Shown: piece by piece, positions 1 through 12,400 of the stretch
Position numbering within the stretch: the first letter of the stretch is position 1
How the letters are laid out: every line of letters starts with the position of its first letter
From: Nemertoderma westbladi
Lineage: Eukaryota > Animalia > Xenacoelomorpha
Reading direction: 5' to 3'
Assembly: GCA_032718475.1 (NCBI GenBank)
Contig: JAUCBJ010005691.1
Coordinates: 1 to 37,160, forward strand
Length of the DNA: 37,160 nucleotides
The notes under the pieces: model-generated
Told to the model about the DNA's origin: nothing
Databases searched by the model: none
The model's input: only the letters and a program-made list of their open reading frames with translations
Program-made: the position numbers and the translations under genes

Positions 1-347
1 CAGATGATGCGGTTAGAGATTTGGTCTATTTTGTCCAATGCTGCATGTGCAGTTGGATTCATCAATAGACCAATTCCACCATTGCCACTATCATCTGCTG
101 ACGCGAGGGCGAGTCGGCGAGGTCAAGCATACCATCCTTTGAGCTTATGCTCATCCGGTCGGAGAACTTGCTGAGAACTTTCAAAGTTAACTGTCAAAAT
201 TTTGGTCTTTCTGGAGTTAATAAAAAGACCAACACTAGAAGCAGCATGTTCTAATGAGCTGAGGAGCCGTTGGGCTCCCTCTAGTGATTCTGAGAGTACT
301 CCTAAGTCATCAGCAAACCTCGACTTCTGGAGCCAGTTGCAACACAA
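1..347 (-). mobile_element. Degenerate non-LTR retrotransposon (RTE-like LINE) fragments: RT piece followed by AP-endonuclease piece
   Basis: Translation FADDLGVLSESLEGAQRLLSSLEHAASSVGLFINSRKTKIL resembles the LINE RT [YF]ADD motif and the downstream GL.IN..KTK motif. In the same frame after a stop, LALASADDSGNGGIGLLMNPTAHAALDKIDQISNRII resembles the LINE endonuclease GGVG...RI segment. Confidence 0.75.
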
Positions 348-368
348 CCCGTTACCCTAGTGTCTAAC

Positions 369-558
369 CTTCATATCGTGAACCATCCGCATACAACATC
401 TGCCCGTAACCGTGAGGTAATCCGAACTGAAACTCCCCGGAATATGTTGTCCCATCCGGGAACTTTAAATGTCCTAATCCGTGACGTAAACATTCGTTAC
501 TCCATTCGCCTCTGTATTCCAGATTCGTCGGGTATTTGTACTGACCCAGAATACTCAT
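369..558 (-). CDS. MORN4: MORN-repeat protein, MORN4/retinophilin-like; first coding exon, gene continues left of the window
   Basis: MSILGQYKYPTNLEYRGEWSNECLRHGLGHLKFPDGTTYSGEFQFGLPHGYGQMLYADGSRYEG contains Y.GEW...RHG.G / Y.GEF..G..HG.G MORN repeats starting near the N-terminus, as in MORN4. The apparent stop lies within a probable donor G|GTTAGA (GT at 368-367). Confidence 0.8.
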
Positions 559-1194
559 CGTGAAATATTAGAAGTTGTTGTTAAATATTCAAGTTTAATT
601 AATTTGCGATGTTACATAAGAAAGAAAATTATGGTAATACAGTAGCTTTGCTTACATAATTAAAATCCTCAATTTCTTTCAAAAATTTGCATTAAAAAAA
701 TAAATGTCAAATAATCTTCACTACTCTCTCACAGTACCTGTAAGATGCTTCACTAAGCAGAATATAATTACTATCATATAATAACTATTTGCATACTTGT
801 GTGTAAAGTAGCACTTTACAGTGTGATGATCCGAGTGTCTTTGTTACACGAACGAATGTTAGAGAGTGAGTGAAAATAAAGCCATGAGGATGAGAACAGT
901 AAAGTACTTTGCAACAAGTATGTATGTAGTTTTATTCCAAAATTTTAACATTACGAAATGATTGTACATATACAATATAAGTGATAGAAACTGCACAAAT
1001 TATATTAGTTGCTGTATAAATAAATGTAAAAATGACATAAATTATGTTATAAATAAGTTAGCTTATATTTATGGTGGCTTTTGGAGCCATGTTATAATAA
1101 TATAGCTAGGCCCTATTGGTTATTAATAGCTATACCCCGCCTACCGGTAGGTAATGCAGTAGGCCTATCTGGCTGTCAGGCAAATTTCCACCTA

Positions 1195-1281
1195 TTGTTT
1201 ACGTGGTATCCAATGACGGCGTTAAGTAATGTCCCCTTAGTGGACATTACTTAACGCCGTCATGGGTTATCACGTAAACAA
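1195..1281. repeat. Inverted repeat / hairpin with 22-bp perfect arms
   Basis: ATGACGGCGTTAAGTAATGTCC (1213-1234) and its exact reverse complement (1242-1263), 7-nt loop; imperfect pairing extends to about 1195 and 1281. Confidence 0.9.
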
Positions 1282-2183
1282 CAACACCAAATACAATACT
1301 AAATGTACAGGCCAATACAATGCTGTAATGTCCTCTAAAGTTGTAAAGTGCTAAATAACAACTTGCTGTTAATACTAACGGCGTTGAGTAATGTTACAAT
1401 TTTGGAATAAAATATCTAATTTAAATATTAATACAACCAGTATTAACTTCCGCCTATTCACTTTTATAAACTTGTTTTTTCACCTTACAATGTCGTGAAC
1501 TTATAATGTAATTGAAGTTGAGCCGATCACAAAGCCTGGGTGAGTTTTAGTGAAACAATAATAATTAAAATACTGTATACATGAAACTATGTAGCGGTAT
1601 AATAATTTATCTCGGTAAATTGAAAAGCATCTTATATATTCCAAGCATCCACCCCATCAATACCTCTCAACATGGGCGTTGTTTATTATCCAAGCACGTG
1701 ATTGGCTCAATATATACGCGCCTGCGTTGGAATTCTCGTTGTTATGGAAATAGGAACGAAAACACGACATAGTTACCAGATCGATCCCCCCTCCCCCCAC
1801 ACCTGATGCAGCTGATATCAGCTGCAGCCCTTGGAGTTCTTAGACATCGTCGGTAAAAAGGAAACGGGCATTTTGTAAAAGGGCCTTTGGTAAAAGGGCC
1901 CTATGCATGCGGAATCCTGACAATGTGTTTTCACTTTCTGGCAAAACATTAAATCCTGATGTTTCTTTCGGGTGTAAAAGGGCATTTGTGTAAAATCATG
2001 TAAAGGAAATTTACTGCTTAAGGATTATTAAACCCGACAAACATTTCAATTTTTGATTCGTATCAAATATGCGACGATTTTCTTACTAAGTTTCTATTAC
2101 CTGTAAACAAACGCTATAAGTTTAATACAAGTTTAATAACTGCCGACTTAATTAAACGCAAGTTATTATTCATTTACTTTCAG

Positions 2184-2405
2184 ATCCGAGTGGTGAATGC
2201 CTTTAGGAGTTCTTTGTACGAAGAGACAGACATTAAGAGTATAAAATCCCAGAGATCCCACCAGGAACACGATTTATTTATGCACCATATTCCCGAGAAT
2301 GCCTACCAAACTCTTAGCGACGAAGATCTCGCTAACCATGCCGCCGAACTGTCTGAGTCCGAAGTGGTTCGAACTCCTAGTCGGATGGTAGAGACTTCCA
2401 TATAG
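2184..2405 (+). CDS. ATP2B: Plasma-membrane Ca2+-ATPase (PMCA), terminal exon of b-type C-tail
   Basis: Acceptor catttactttcag| then IRVVNAFRSSLYE, the second half of the PMCA calmodulin-binding domain at the conserved splice site C. Ends in ETSI*, matching the PDZ-binding ETS[LV]* terminus of b isoforms. Confidence 0.9.
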   Translation: MRVVNAFRSSLYEETDIKSIKSQRSHQEHDLFMHHIPENAYQTLSDEDLANHAAELSESEVVRTPSRMVETSI

Positions 2406-2994
2406 ACCTCCTCCTCGTCAAACAGTCGGGGATCCGCAAATCTAGTTCACCTAAATCAAGTCCAATTATCGTGTTTGTCATGGAAGATATCTAGAGATAG
2501 TCTTCCATGGTTTCAGAGATTATTAATAAATTAAGATGAATATCGACTCTATTGCTAATCGTTAGGAATATTGAATCGGTTAGCTGATAATTGTTACGTA
2601 ATCGCGGGTTTCATTGCGACACATCGAGATATTTATTTACATTTAGTCCCGACACTACTGGTAGAACTGCTCGCCTGATAAAGTGGACCCCCCCGCCCCC
2701 CCCCCCCCCCCCCGCGCCCCCTCCCAACTCGCCCAACCCACCCAAAAATATAGCACTTGAAATCGTTGGGGGGGGGGGGGGGGGGGGGTCTAACATACAA
2801 AATGGGTGACAATGTATCCTCCATAATATAGACGGACTGCTAAACGTTTTATAAGGACTATCGCTACTGTTTAACCACATAGCGTATACATATGCATTAT
2901 TTTTTCCCAACTTTATTTATATGTTTGTATTGTAATAGGATCCTTGTCATCATTATTGGTTTAATTAAATGTTAGTAGTGTCTTTGTATGGTTG

Positions 2995-4887
2995 GATAGA
3001 TGGATAGAATTTATAGCAAGTCAAGTACTATGAGATAGATGGATAGAATTTATAGCAAGTCAAGTACTATGAGATAGATGGATAGAATTTATAGCAAGTC
3101 AAGTACTATGAGATAGATGGATAGAATTTATAGCAAGTCAAGTACTATGAGATAGATGGATAGAATTTATAGCAAGTCAAGTACTATGAGATAGATGGAT
3201 AGAATTTATAGCAAGTCAAGTACTATGAGATAGATGGATAGAATTTATAGCAAGTCAAGTACTATGAGATAGATGGATAGAATTTATAGCAAGTCAAGTA
3301 CTATGAGATAGATGGATAGAATTTATAGCAAGTCAAGTACTATGAGATAGATGGATAGAATTTATAGCAAGTCAAGTACTATGAGATAGATGGATAGAAT
3401 TTATAGCAAGTCAAGTACTATGAGATAGATGGATAGAATTTATAGCAAGTCAAGTACTATGAGATAGATGGATAGAATTTACAGCAAGTCAAGTACTATG
3501 AGATAGATGGATAGAATTTATAGCAAGTCAAGTACTATGAGATAGATGGATAGAATTTATAGCAAGTCAAGTACTATGAGATAGATGGATAGAATTTATA
3601 GCAAGTCAAGTACTATGAGATAGATGGATAGAATTTATAGCAAGTCAAGTACTATGAGATAGATGGATAGAATTTATAGCAAGTCAAGTACTATGAGATA
3701 GATGGATAGAATTTACAGCAAGTCAAGTACTATGAGATAGATGGATAGAATTTATAGCAAGTCAAGTACTATGAGATAGATGGATAGAATTTACAGCAAG
3801 TCAAGTACTATGAGATAGATGGATAGAATTTATAGCAAGTCAAGTACTATGAGATAGATGGATAGAATTTATAGCAAGTCAAGTACTATGAGATAGATGG
3901 ATAGAATTTATAGCAAGTCAAGTACTATGAGATAGATGGATAGAATTTATAGCAAGTCAAGTACTATGAGATAGATGGATAGAATTTACAGCAAGTCAAG
4001 TACTATGAGATAGATGGATAGAATTTATAGCAAGTCAAGTACTATGAGATAGATGGATAGAATTTATAGCAAGTCAAGTACTATGAGATAGATGGATAGA
4101 ATTTATAGCAAGTCAAATACTATGAGATAGATGGATAGAATTTATAGCAAGTCAAGTACTATGAGATAGATGGATAGAATTTATAGCAAGTCAAGTACTA
4201 TGAGATAGATGGATAGAATTTATAGCAAGTCAAGTACTATGAGATAGATGGATAGAATTTACAGCAAGTCAAGTACTATGAGATAGATGGATAGAATTTA
4301 TAGCAAGTCAAGTACTATGAGATAGATGGATAGAATTTACAGCAAGTCAAGTACTATGAGATAGATGGATAGAATTTATAGCAAGTCAAGTACTATGAGA
4401 TAGATGGATAGAATTTATAGCAAGTCAAGTACTATGAGATAGATGGATAGAATTTATAGCAAGTCAAGTACTATGAGATAGATGGATAGAATTTATAGCA
4501 AGTCAAATACTATGAGATAGATGGATAGAATTTACAGCAAGTCAAGTACTATGAGATAGATGGATAGAATTTATAGCAAGTCAAGTACTATAAGATAGAT
4601 GGATAGAATTTATAGCAAGTCAAGTACTATAAGATAGATGGATATAATTTATAGCAAGTCAAATACTATGAGATAGATGGATAGAATTTACAGCAAGTCA
4701 AGTACTATAAGATAGATGGATAGAATTTATAGCAAGTCAAATACTATGAGATAGATGGATAGAATTTACAGCAAGTCAAGTACTATGAGATAGATGGATA
4801 GAATTTATAGCAAGTCAAGTACTATAAGATAGATGGATAGAATTTATAGCAAGTCAAGTACTATAAGATAGATGGATATAATTTACA
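2995..4887. repeat. 39-bp minisatellite, about 48 copies
   Basis: Unit GATAGATGGATAGAATTTATAGCAAGTCAAGTACTATGA; variants tac/tat, aaat/aagt and taa/tga are more frequent toward the right end. Confidence 0.98.
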
Positions 4888-5409
4888 CCAGATACCAAAT
4901 ATATTCAATTTGGTTGAATCAATAAAGACTTATAAGGTTTTAAGTGTCTCTTGAACAATTTTTTTTTTATCGAATGAACTTTTGCCAATAACCGACGACA
5001 TCCATGACACTAAAGGTTGATTCTATATTTAGGATATTTAGGAAATATAACTTTCCTACATATAAGAAGAAAAAACTATCTTTAACATATTATTTTACTT
5101 TAATACAATTATTTGTAAATCTATAAGATATTTCGCAGCTACTGTACAAATATTCCCACGGAAGTTCAAATTGTAAAATTAAATCGCAAACAAGGAAAAA
5201 TACTTAATATTATTGTGGGTTGGATAAAAATTAAATTACTTAAAAATGTAATTTATTATTATTAATACCGCTATCCTGATTGAGTATTATGTTGCTGCTA
5301 TAATTTCCATGAGTTTTAATCGTGACTATAATATTAAGATACATGTGTTTAACCAATAATCAAATTTAATTAAAACTAATTCATTATAAGATAAGAAAAC
5401 AATAAGCAA

Positions 5410-6411
5410 TCACTTTAACCATGGCAACCAATAGCCACCCCTAAGCGATGGATCGGCGTTAGGGTCCATGGCTGGGTAGTCTGGAGGTATTGCAGTTCGG
5501 TTGTATTCCGCTAGGCGGTGTAACAGACGGTAAACAATATCCTGGTGGGAGTCCGCCACATTCCGGGTCTCAGTAGGGTCGTCTGCGAGGTTAAACAGGT
5601 ATAGAGGCTTCTTATTATCACCATGGTAACTAGACAATGAGTCGGGGATCCCATTGTGGTTACCAGAGAAACGTAGCTTGGATTCTCGTTCGTTACCAGG
5701 GTAACGGGGTTTGGATTCTCGTGTGTTACCATGGAAACGTAGCTTGGATTCTCGTTCGTTACCAGGGTAACTTAGCCTGGGTTCGGGGACCCAACTTCCG
5801 TTGCCAGGGAACCCAGTGAGTATCTTCCAATCGCCGACTCTCAACGCCGCCCTCACCGAGATATCGAAGGGATAGGAACCGTTGGGTAACCCGGGTAACC
5901 GGGTCAGCGGGTCGATGTTGTATAAATGTTCGGTTCGGGGCGACGTAGCATTCGCACTGATCGCATCCCAGACGTCGAAGCCGTCGATGCCGCTTGAGGA
6001 TGGCTTTCCTCCAGCCAATCGGACGAGAGTAGGTAGCCAATCAGTTACGTCTATAAGCCGCTTGTTGGTGTATCTCTTTAGCTGGAGGAGCGGACTGTTA
6101 ACGAAGCCAGGGACTCGGGTTCCTCCATCCCACAGCGTTCCTTTGCCGCCCCTTAGCGGCCAATTGTTGCCACTGATTTGAAATTGACCGCCGTTGTCAC
6201 TGGAGAAGACAATAACGGTGTTATCGAGAAAGTTTCTAGAATCGAGAGATTTTATTACGTCATTTATAGCGTCATCCATTGCGGTAGTCATAGCAGCGTA
6301 GTGACGTCGGCCTTTGTCTTTAATGAAACTGTATTGCTTTACATATTTATCGGGGACTTCCAATGGTGTGTGGACGGCTTGGAAAGGCAGATACAAGAAC
6401 ATCGGTTTATC
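5410..6411 (-). CDS. ARSB: Arylsulfatase B-like sulfatase, terminal exon
   Basis: Acceptor tgtatcatttag| at 6412, then DKPMFLYLPFQAVHTPLEVP...NTVIVFSSDNGG...NNWPLRGGKGTLWDGGTRVPGFV...DGFDVW...LFNLADDPTE...W.PW, all hallmark ARSB/I/J-family motifs. AATAAA on the minus strand at 5252-5257. The symbol is a family-level call. Confidence 0.93.
   Translation of the reverse strand, partial: DKPMFLYLPFQAVHTPLEVPDKYVKQYSFIKDKGRRHYAAMTTAMDDAINDVIKSLDSRNFLDNTVIVFSSDNGGQFQISGNNWPLRGGKGTLWDGGTRVPGFVNSPLLQLKRYTNKRLIDVTDWLPTLVRLAGGKPSSSGIDGFDVWDAISANATSPRTEHLYNIDPLTRLPGLPNGSYPFDISVRAALRVGDWKILTGFPGNGSWVPEPRLSYPGNERESKLRFHGNTRESKPRYPGNERESKLRFSGNHNGIPDSLSSYHGDNKKPLYLFNLADDPTETRNVADSHQDIVYRLLHRLAEYNRTAIPPDYPAMDPNADPSLRGGYWLPWLK
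5617..5813. repeat. 33-bp in-frame coding repeat built on palindromic GTTACCATGGTAAC-like cores
   Basis: Cores at 5659, 5692, 5725 and 5758 (33-bp period), plus 5617 and 5800; encodes YPGNERESKLR/FHGNTRESKPR/YPGNERESKLR/FSGN...YHGD. Confidence 0.9.
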
Positions 6412-9400
6412 CTAAATGATACAAAAACATTGGTTTATCCTAAATGATACAACATTGGTTTATCCTAAATGATACAACATTGGTTTATCCTAAATGATAC
6501 AACATTGGTTTATCCTAAATGATACAACAACATTGGTCTATCCTAAATGATACAACATTGGTTTATCCTAAATGATACAACATTGGTTTATCCTAAATGA
6601 TACAACAACATTGGTTTATCCTAAATGATACAACAACATTGGTTTATCCTAAATGATACAACAACATTGGTTTATCCTAAATGATACAAAAACATTGGTT
6701 TATCCTAAATGATACAACATTGGTTTATCCTAAATGATACAACATTGGTTTATCCTAAATGATACAACATTGGTTTATCCTAAATGATACAACATTGGTT
6801 TATCCTAAATGATACAACATTGGTTTATCCTAAATGATACAACATTGGTTTATCCTAAATGATACAACATTGGTTTATCCTAAATGATACAACATTGGTT
6901 TATCCTAAAAGATACAACAACATTGGTTTATCCTAAATGATACAAAATTGGTTTATCCTAAATGATACAACATTGGTTTATCCTAAATGATACAACATTG
7001 GTTTATCCTAAATGATACAACATTGGTTTATCCTAAATGATACAACATTGGTTTATCCTAAATGATACAACATTGGTTTATCCTAAAAGATACAACAACA
7101 TTGGTTTATCCTAAATGATACAACATTGGTATATCCTAAATGATACAACAACATTGGTTTATCCCAAATGATACAACATTGGTATATCCTAAATGATACA
7201 ACATTGGTTTATCCTAAATGATACTGTACAACATTGGTTTATCCTAAATGATACTAGAACATTGGTTTATCCTAAATGATACAACAACATTGGTTTATCC
7301 TAAAAGATACAACAACATTGGTTTATCCTAAATGATACAACATTGGTATATCCTAAATGATACAACATTGGTTTATCCTAAATGATACTACAACATTGGT
7401 TTATCCTAAATGATACAACAACATTGGTTTATCCTAAATGATACAACATTGGTTTATCCTAAATGATACAACATTGGTTTATCCTAAATGATACAACATT
7501 GGTTTATCCTAAATGATACAAAAACATTGGTTTATCCTAAATGATACAACAACATTGGTCTATCCTAAATGATACAATAACATTGGTCTATCCTAAATGA
7601 TACAACATTGGTTTATCCTAAATGATACAACATTGGTTTATCCTAAATGATACAACAACATTGGTTTATCCTAAATGATACAACAACATTGGTTTATCCT
7701 AAATGATACAACAACATTGGTTTATCCTAAATGATACAACATTGGTTTATCCTAAATGATACAACATTGGTTTATCCTAAATGATACAACATTGGTTTAT
7801 CCTAAATGATACAACAACATTGGTCTATCCTAAATGATACAACATTGGTTTATCCTAAATGATACAACATTGGTTTATCCTAAATGATACAACAACATTG
7901 GTTTATCCTAAATGATACAACAACATTGGTTTATCCTAAATGATACAACAACATTGGTTTATCCTAAATGATACAAAAACATTGGTTTATCCTAAATGAT
8001 ACAACATTGGTTTATCCTAAATGATACAACATTGGTTTATCCTAAATGATACAACATTGGTTTATCCTAAATGATACAACATTGGTTTATCCTAAATGAT
8101 ACAACATTGGTTTATCCTAAATGATACAACATTGGTTTATCCTAAATGATACAACATTGGTTTATCCTAAATGATACAACATTGGTTTATCCTAAAAGAT
8201 ACAACAACATTGGTTTATCCTAAATGATACAAAATTGGTTTATCCTAAATGATACAACATTGGTTTATCCTAAATGATACAACATTGGTTTATCCTAAAT
8301 GATACAACATTGGTTTATCCTAAATGATACAACATTGGTTTATCCTAAATGATACAACATTGGTTTATCCTAAAATATACAACAACATTGGTTTATCCTA
8401 AATGATACAACATTGGTATATCCTAAATGATACAACAACATTGGTTTATCCCAAATGATACAACATTGGTATATCCTAAATGATACAACATTGGTTTATC
8501 CTAAATGATACTGTACAACATTGGTTTATCCTAAATGATACTAGAACATTGGTTTATCCTAAATGATACAACAACATTGGTTTATCCTAAAAGATACAAC
8601 AACATTGGTTTATCCTAAATGATACAACATTGGTATATCCTAAATGATACAACATTGGTTTATCCTAAATGATACTACAACATTGGTTTATCCTAAATGA
8701 TACAACAACATTGGTTTATCCTAAATGATACAACATTGGTTTATCCTAAATGATACAACATTGGTTTATCCTAAATGATACAACATTGGTTTATCCTAAA
8801 TGATACAAAAACATTGGTTTATCCTAAATGATACAACAACATTGGTCTATCCTAAATGATACAATAACATTGGTCTATCCTAAATGATACAACATTGGTT
8901 TATCCTAAATGATACAACATTGGTTTATCCTAAATGATACAACAACATTGGTTTATCCTAAATGATACAACAACATTGGTTTATCCTAAATGATACAACA
9001 ACATTGGTTTATCCTAAATGATACAAAAACATTGGTTTATCCTAAATGATACAACATTGGTTTATCCTAAATGATACAACATTGGTTTATCCTAAATGAT
9101 ACAACATTGGTTTATCCTAAATGATACAACATTGGTTTATCCTAAATGATACAACATTGGTTTATCCTAAATGATACAACATTGGTTTATCCTAAATGAT
9201 ACAACATTGGTTTATCCTAAATGATACAACATTGGTTTATCCTAAATGATACAACAACATTGGTTTATCCTAAATGATACAACAACATTGGTTTATCCTA
9301 AATGATACAACAACATTGGTTTATCCTAAATGATACAAAAACATTGGTTTATCCTAAATGATACAACATTGGTTTATCCTAAATGATACAACATTGGTTT

Positions 9401-12400
9401 ATCCTAAATGATACAACATTGGTTTATCCTAAATGATACAACATTGGTTTATCCTAAATGATACAACATTGGTTTATCCTAAATGATACAACATTGGTTT
9501 ATCCTAAATGATACAACATTGGTTTATCCTAAATGATACAACATTGGTTTATCCTAAAAGATACAACAACATTGGTTTATCCTAAATGATACAAAATTGG
9601 TTTATCCTAAATGATACAACATTGGTTTATCCTAAATGATACAACATTGGTTTATCCTAAATGATACAACATTGGTTTATCCTAAATGATACAACATTGG
9701 TTTATCCTAAATGATACAACATTGGTTTATCCTAAAAGATACAACAACATTGGTTTATCCTAAATGATACAACATTGGTATATCCTAAATGATACAACAA
9801 CATTGGTTTATCCCAAATGATACAACATTGGTATATCCTAAATGATACAACATTGGTTTATCCTAAATGATACTGTACAACATTGGTTTATCCTAAATGA
9901 TACTAGAACATTGGTTTATCCTAAATGATACAACAACATTGGTTTATCCTAAAAGATACAACAACATTGGTTTATCCTAAATGATACAACATTGGTATAT
10001 CCTAAATGATACAACATTGGTTTATCCTAAATGATACTACAACATTGGTTTATCCTAAATGATACAACAACATTGGTTTATCCTAAATGATACAACATTG
10101 GTTTATCCTAAATGATACAACATTGGTTTATCCTAAATGATACAACATTGGTTTATCCTAAATGATACAAAAACATTGGTTTATCCTAAATGATACAACA
10201 ACATTGGTCTATCCTAAATGATACAATAACATTGGTCTATCCTAAATGATACAACATTGGTTTATCCTAAATGATACAACATTGGTTTATCCTAAATGAT
10301 ACAACAACATTGGTTTATCCTAAATGATACAACAACATTGGTTTATCCTAAATGATACAACAACATTGGTTTATCCTAAATGATACAACATTGGTTTATC
10401 CTAAATGATACAACATTGGTTTATCCTAAATGATACAACATTGGTTTATCCTAAATGATACAACAACATTGGTCTATCCTAAATGATACAACATTGGTTT
10501 ATCCTAAATGATACAACATTGGTTTATCCTAAATGATACAACAACATTGGTTTATCCTAAATGATACAACAACATTGGTTTATCCTAAATGATACAACAA
10601 CATTGGTTTATCCTAAATGATACAAAAACATTGGTTTATCCTAAATGATACAACATTGGTTTATCCTAAATGATACAACATTGGTTTATCCTAAATGATA
10701 CAACATTGGTTTATCCTAAATGATACAACATTGGTTTATCCTAAATGATACAACATTGGTTTATCCTAAATGATACAACATTGGTTTATCCTAAATGATA
10801 CAACATTGGTTTATCCTAAATGATACAACATTGGTTTATCCTAAAAGATACAACAACATTGGTTTATCCTAAATGATACAAAATTGGTTTATCCTAAATG
10901 ATACAACATTGGTTTATCCTAAATGATACAACATTGGTTTATCCTAAATGATACAACATTGGTTTATCCTAAATGATACAACATTGGTTTATCCTAAATG
11001 ATACAACATTGGTTTATCCTAAAATATACAACAACATTGGTTTATCCTAAATGATACAACATTGGTATATCCTAAATGATACAACAACATTGGTTTATCC
11101 CAAATGATACAACATTGGTATATCCTAAATGATACAACATTGGTTTATCCTAAATGATACTGTACAACATTGGTTTATCCTAAATGATACTAGAACATTG
11201 GTTTATCCTAAATGATACAACAACATTGGTTTATCCTAAAAGATACAACAACATTGGTTTATCCTAAATGATACAACATTGGTATATCCTAAATGATACA
11301 ACATTGGTTTATCCTAAATGATACTACAACATTGGTTTATCCTAAATGATACAACAACATTGGTTTATCCTAAATGATACAACATTGGTTTATCCTAAAT
11401 GATACAACATTGGTTTATCCTAAATGATACAACATTGGTTTATCCTAAATGATACAAAAACATTGGTTTATCCTAAATGATACAACAACATTGGTCTATC
11501 CTAAATGATACAATAACATTGGTCTATCCTAAATGATACAACATTGGTTTATCCTAAATGATACAACATTGGTTTATCCTAAATGATACAACAACATTGG
11601 TTTATCCTAAATGATACAACAACATTGGTTTATCCTAAATGATACAACAACATTGGTTTATCCTAAATGATACAAAAACATTGGTTTATCCTAAATGATA
11701 CAACATTGGTTTATCCTAAATGATACAACATTGGTTTATCCTAAATGATACAACATTGGTTTATCCTAAATGATACAACATTGGTTTATCCTAAATGATA
11801 CAACATTGGTTTATCCTAAATGATACAACATTGGTTTATCCTAAATGATACAACATTGGTTTATCCTAAAAGATACAACAACATTGGTTTATCCTAAATG
11901 ATACAACATTGGTTTATCCTAAATGATACAACATTGGTTTATCCTAAATGATACAACATTGGTTTATCCTAAATGATACAACATTGGTTTATCCTAAATG
12001 ATACAACATTGGTTTATCCTAAAAGATACAACAACATTGGTTTATCCTAAATGATACAACATTGGTATATCCTAAATGATACAACAACATTGGTTTATCC
12101 TAAATGATACAACATTGGTATATCCTAAATGATACAACATTGGTTTATCCTAAATGATACTGTACAACATTGGTTTATCCTAAATGATACTACAATATTG
12201 GTTTATCCTAAATGATACAACAACATTGGTTTATCATAAAAGATACAACAACATTGGTTTATCCTAAATGATACAAAATTGGTATATCCTAAATGATACA
12301 ACATTGGTCTATCCTAAATGATACTACAACATTGGTTTATCCTAAATGATACAACAACATTGGTTTATCCTAAATGATACAACATTGGTTTATCCTAAAT

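Noticed and set aside
364-368. Premature stop making MORN4 a pseudogene
   Set aside because: The TAG lies within a plausible GTTAGA splice donor.
2591-2910. Poly-Pro/poly-Gly ORFs
   Set aside because: Translations of C and G homopolymer runs.
5511-6447. Overlapping alternative-frame and antisense ORFs (also 360-563, 33284-33562, 36001-36507)
   Set aside because: Shadows of real coding exons or the transposase, with no independent motifs.
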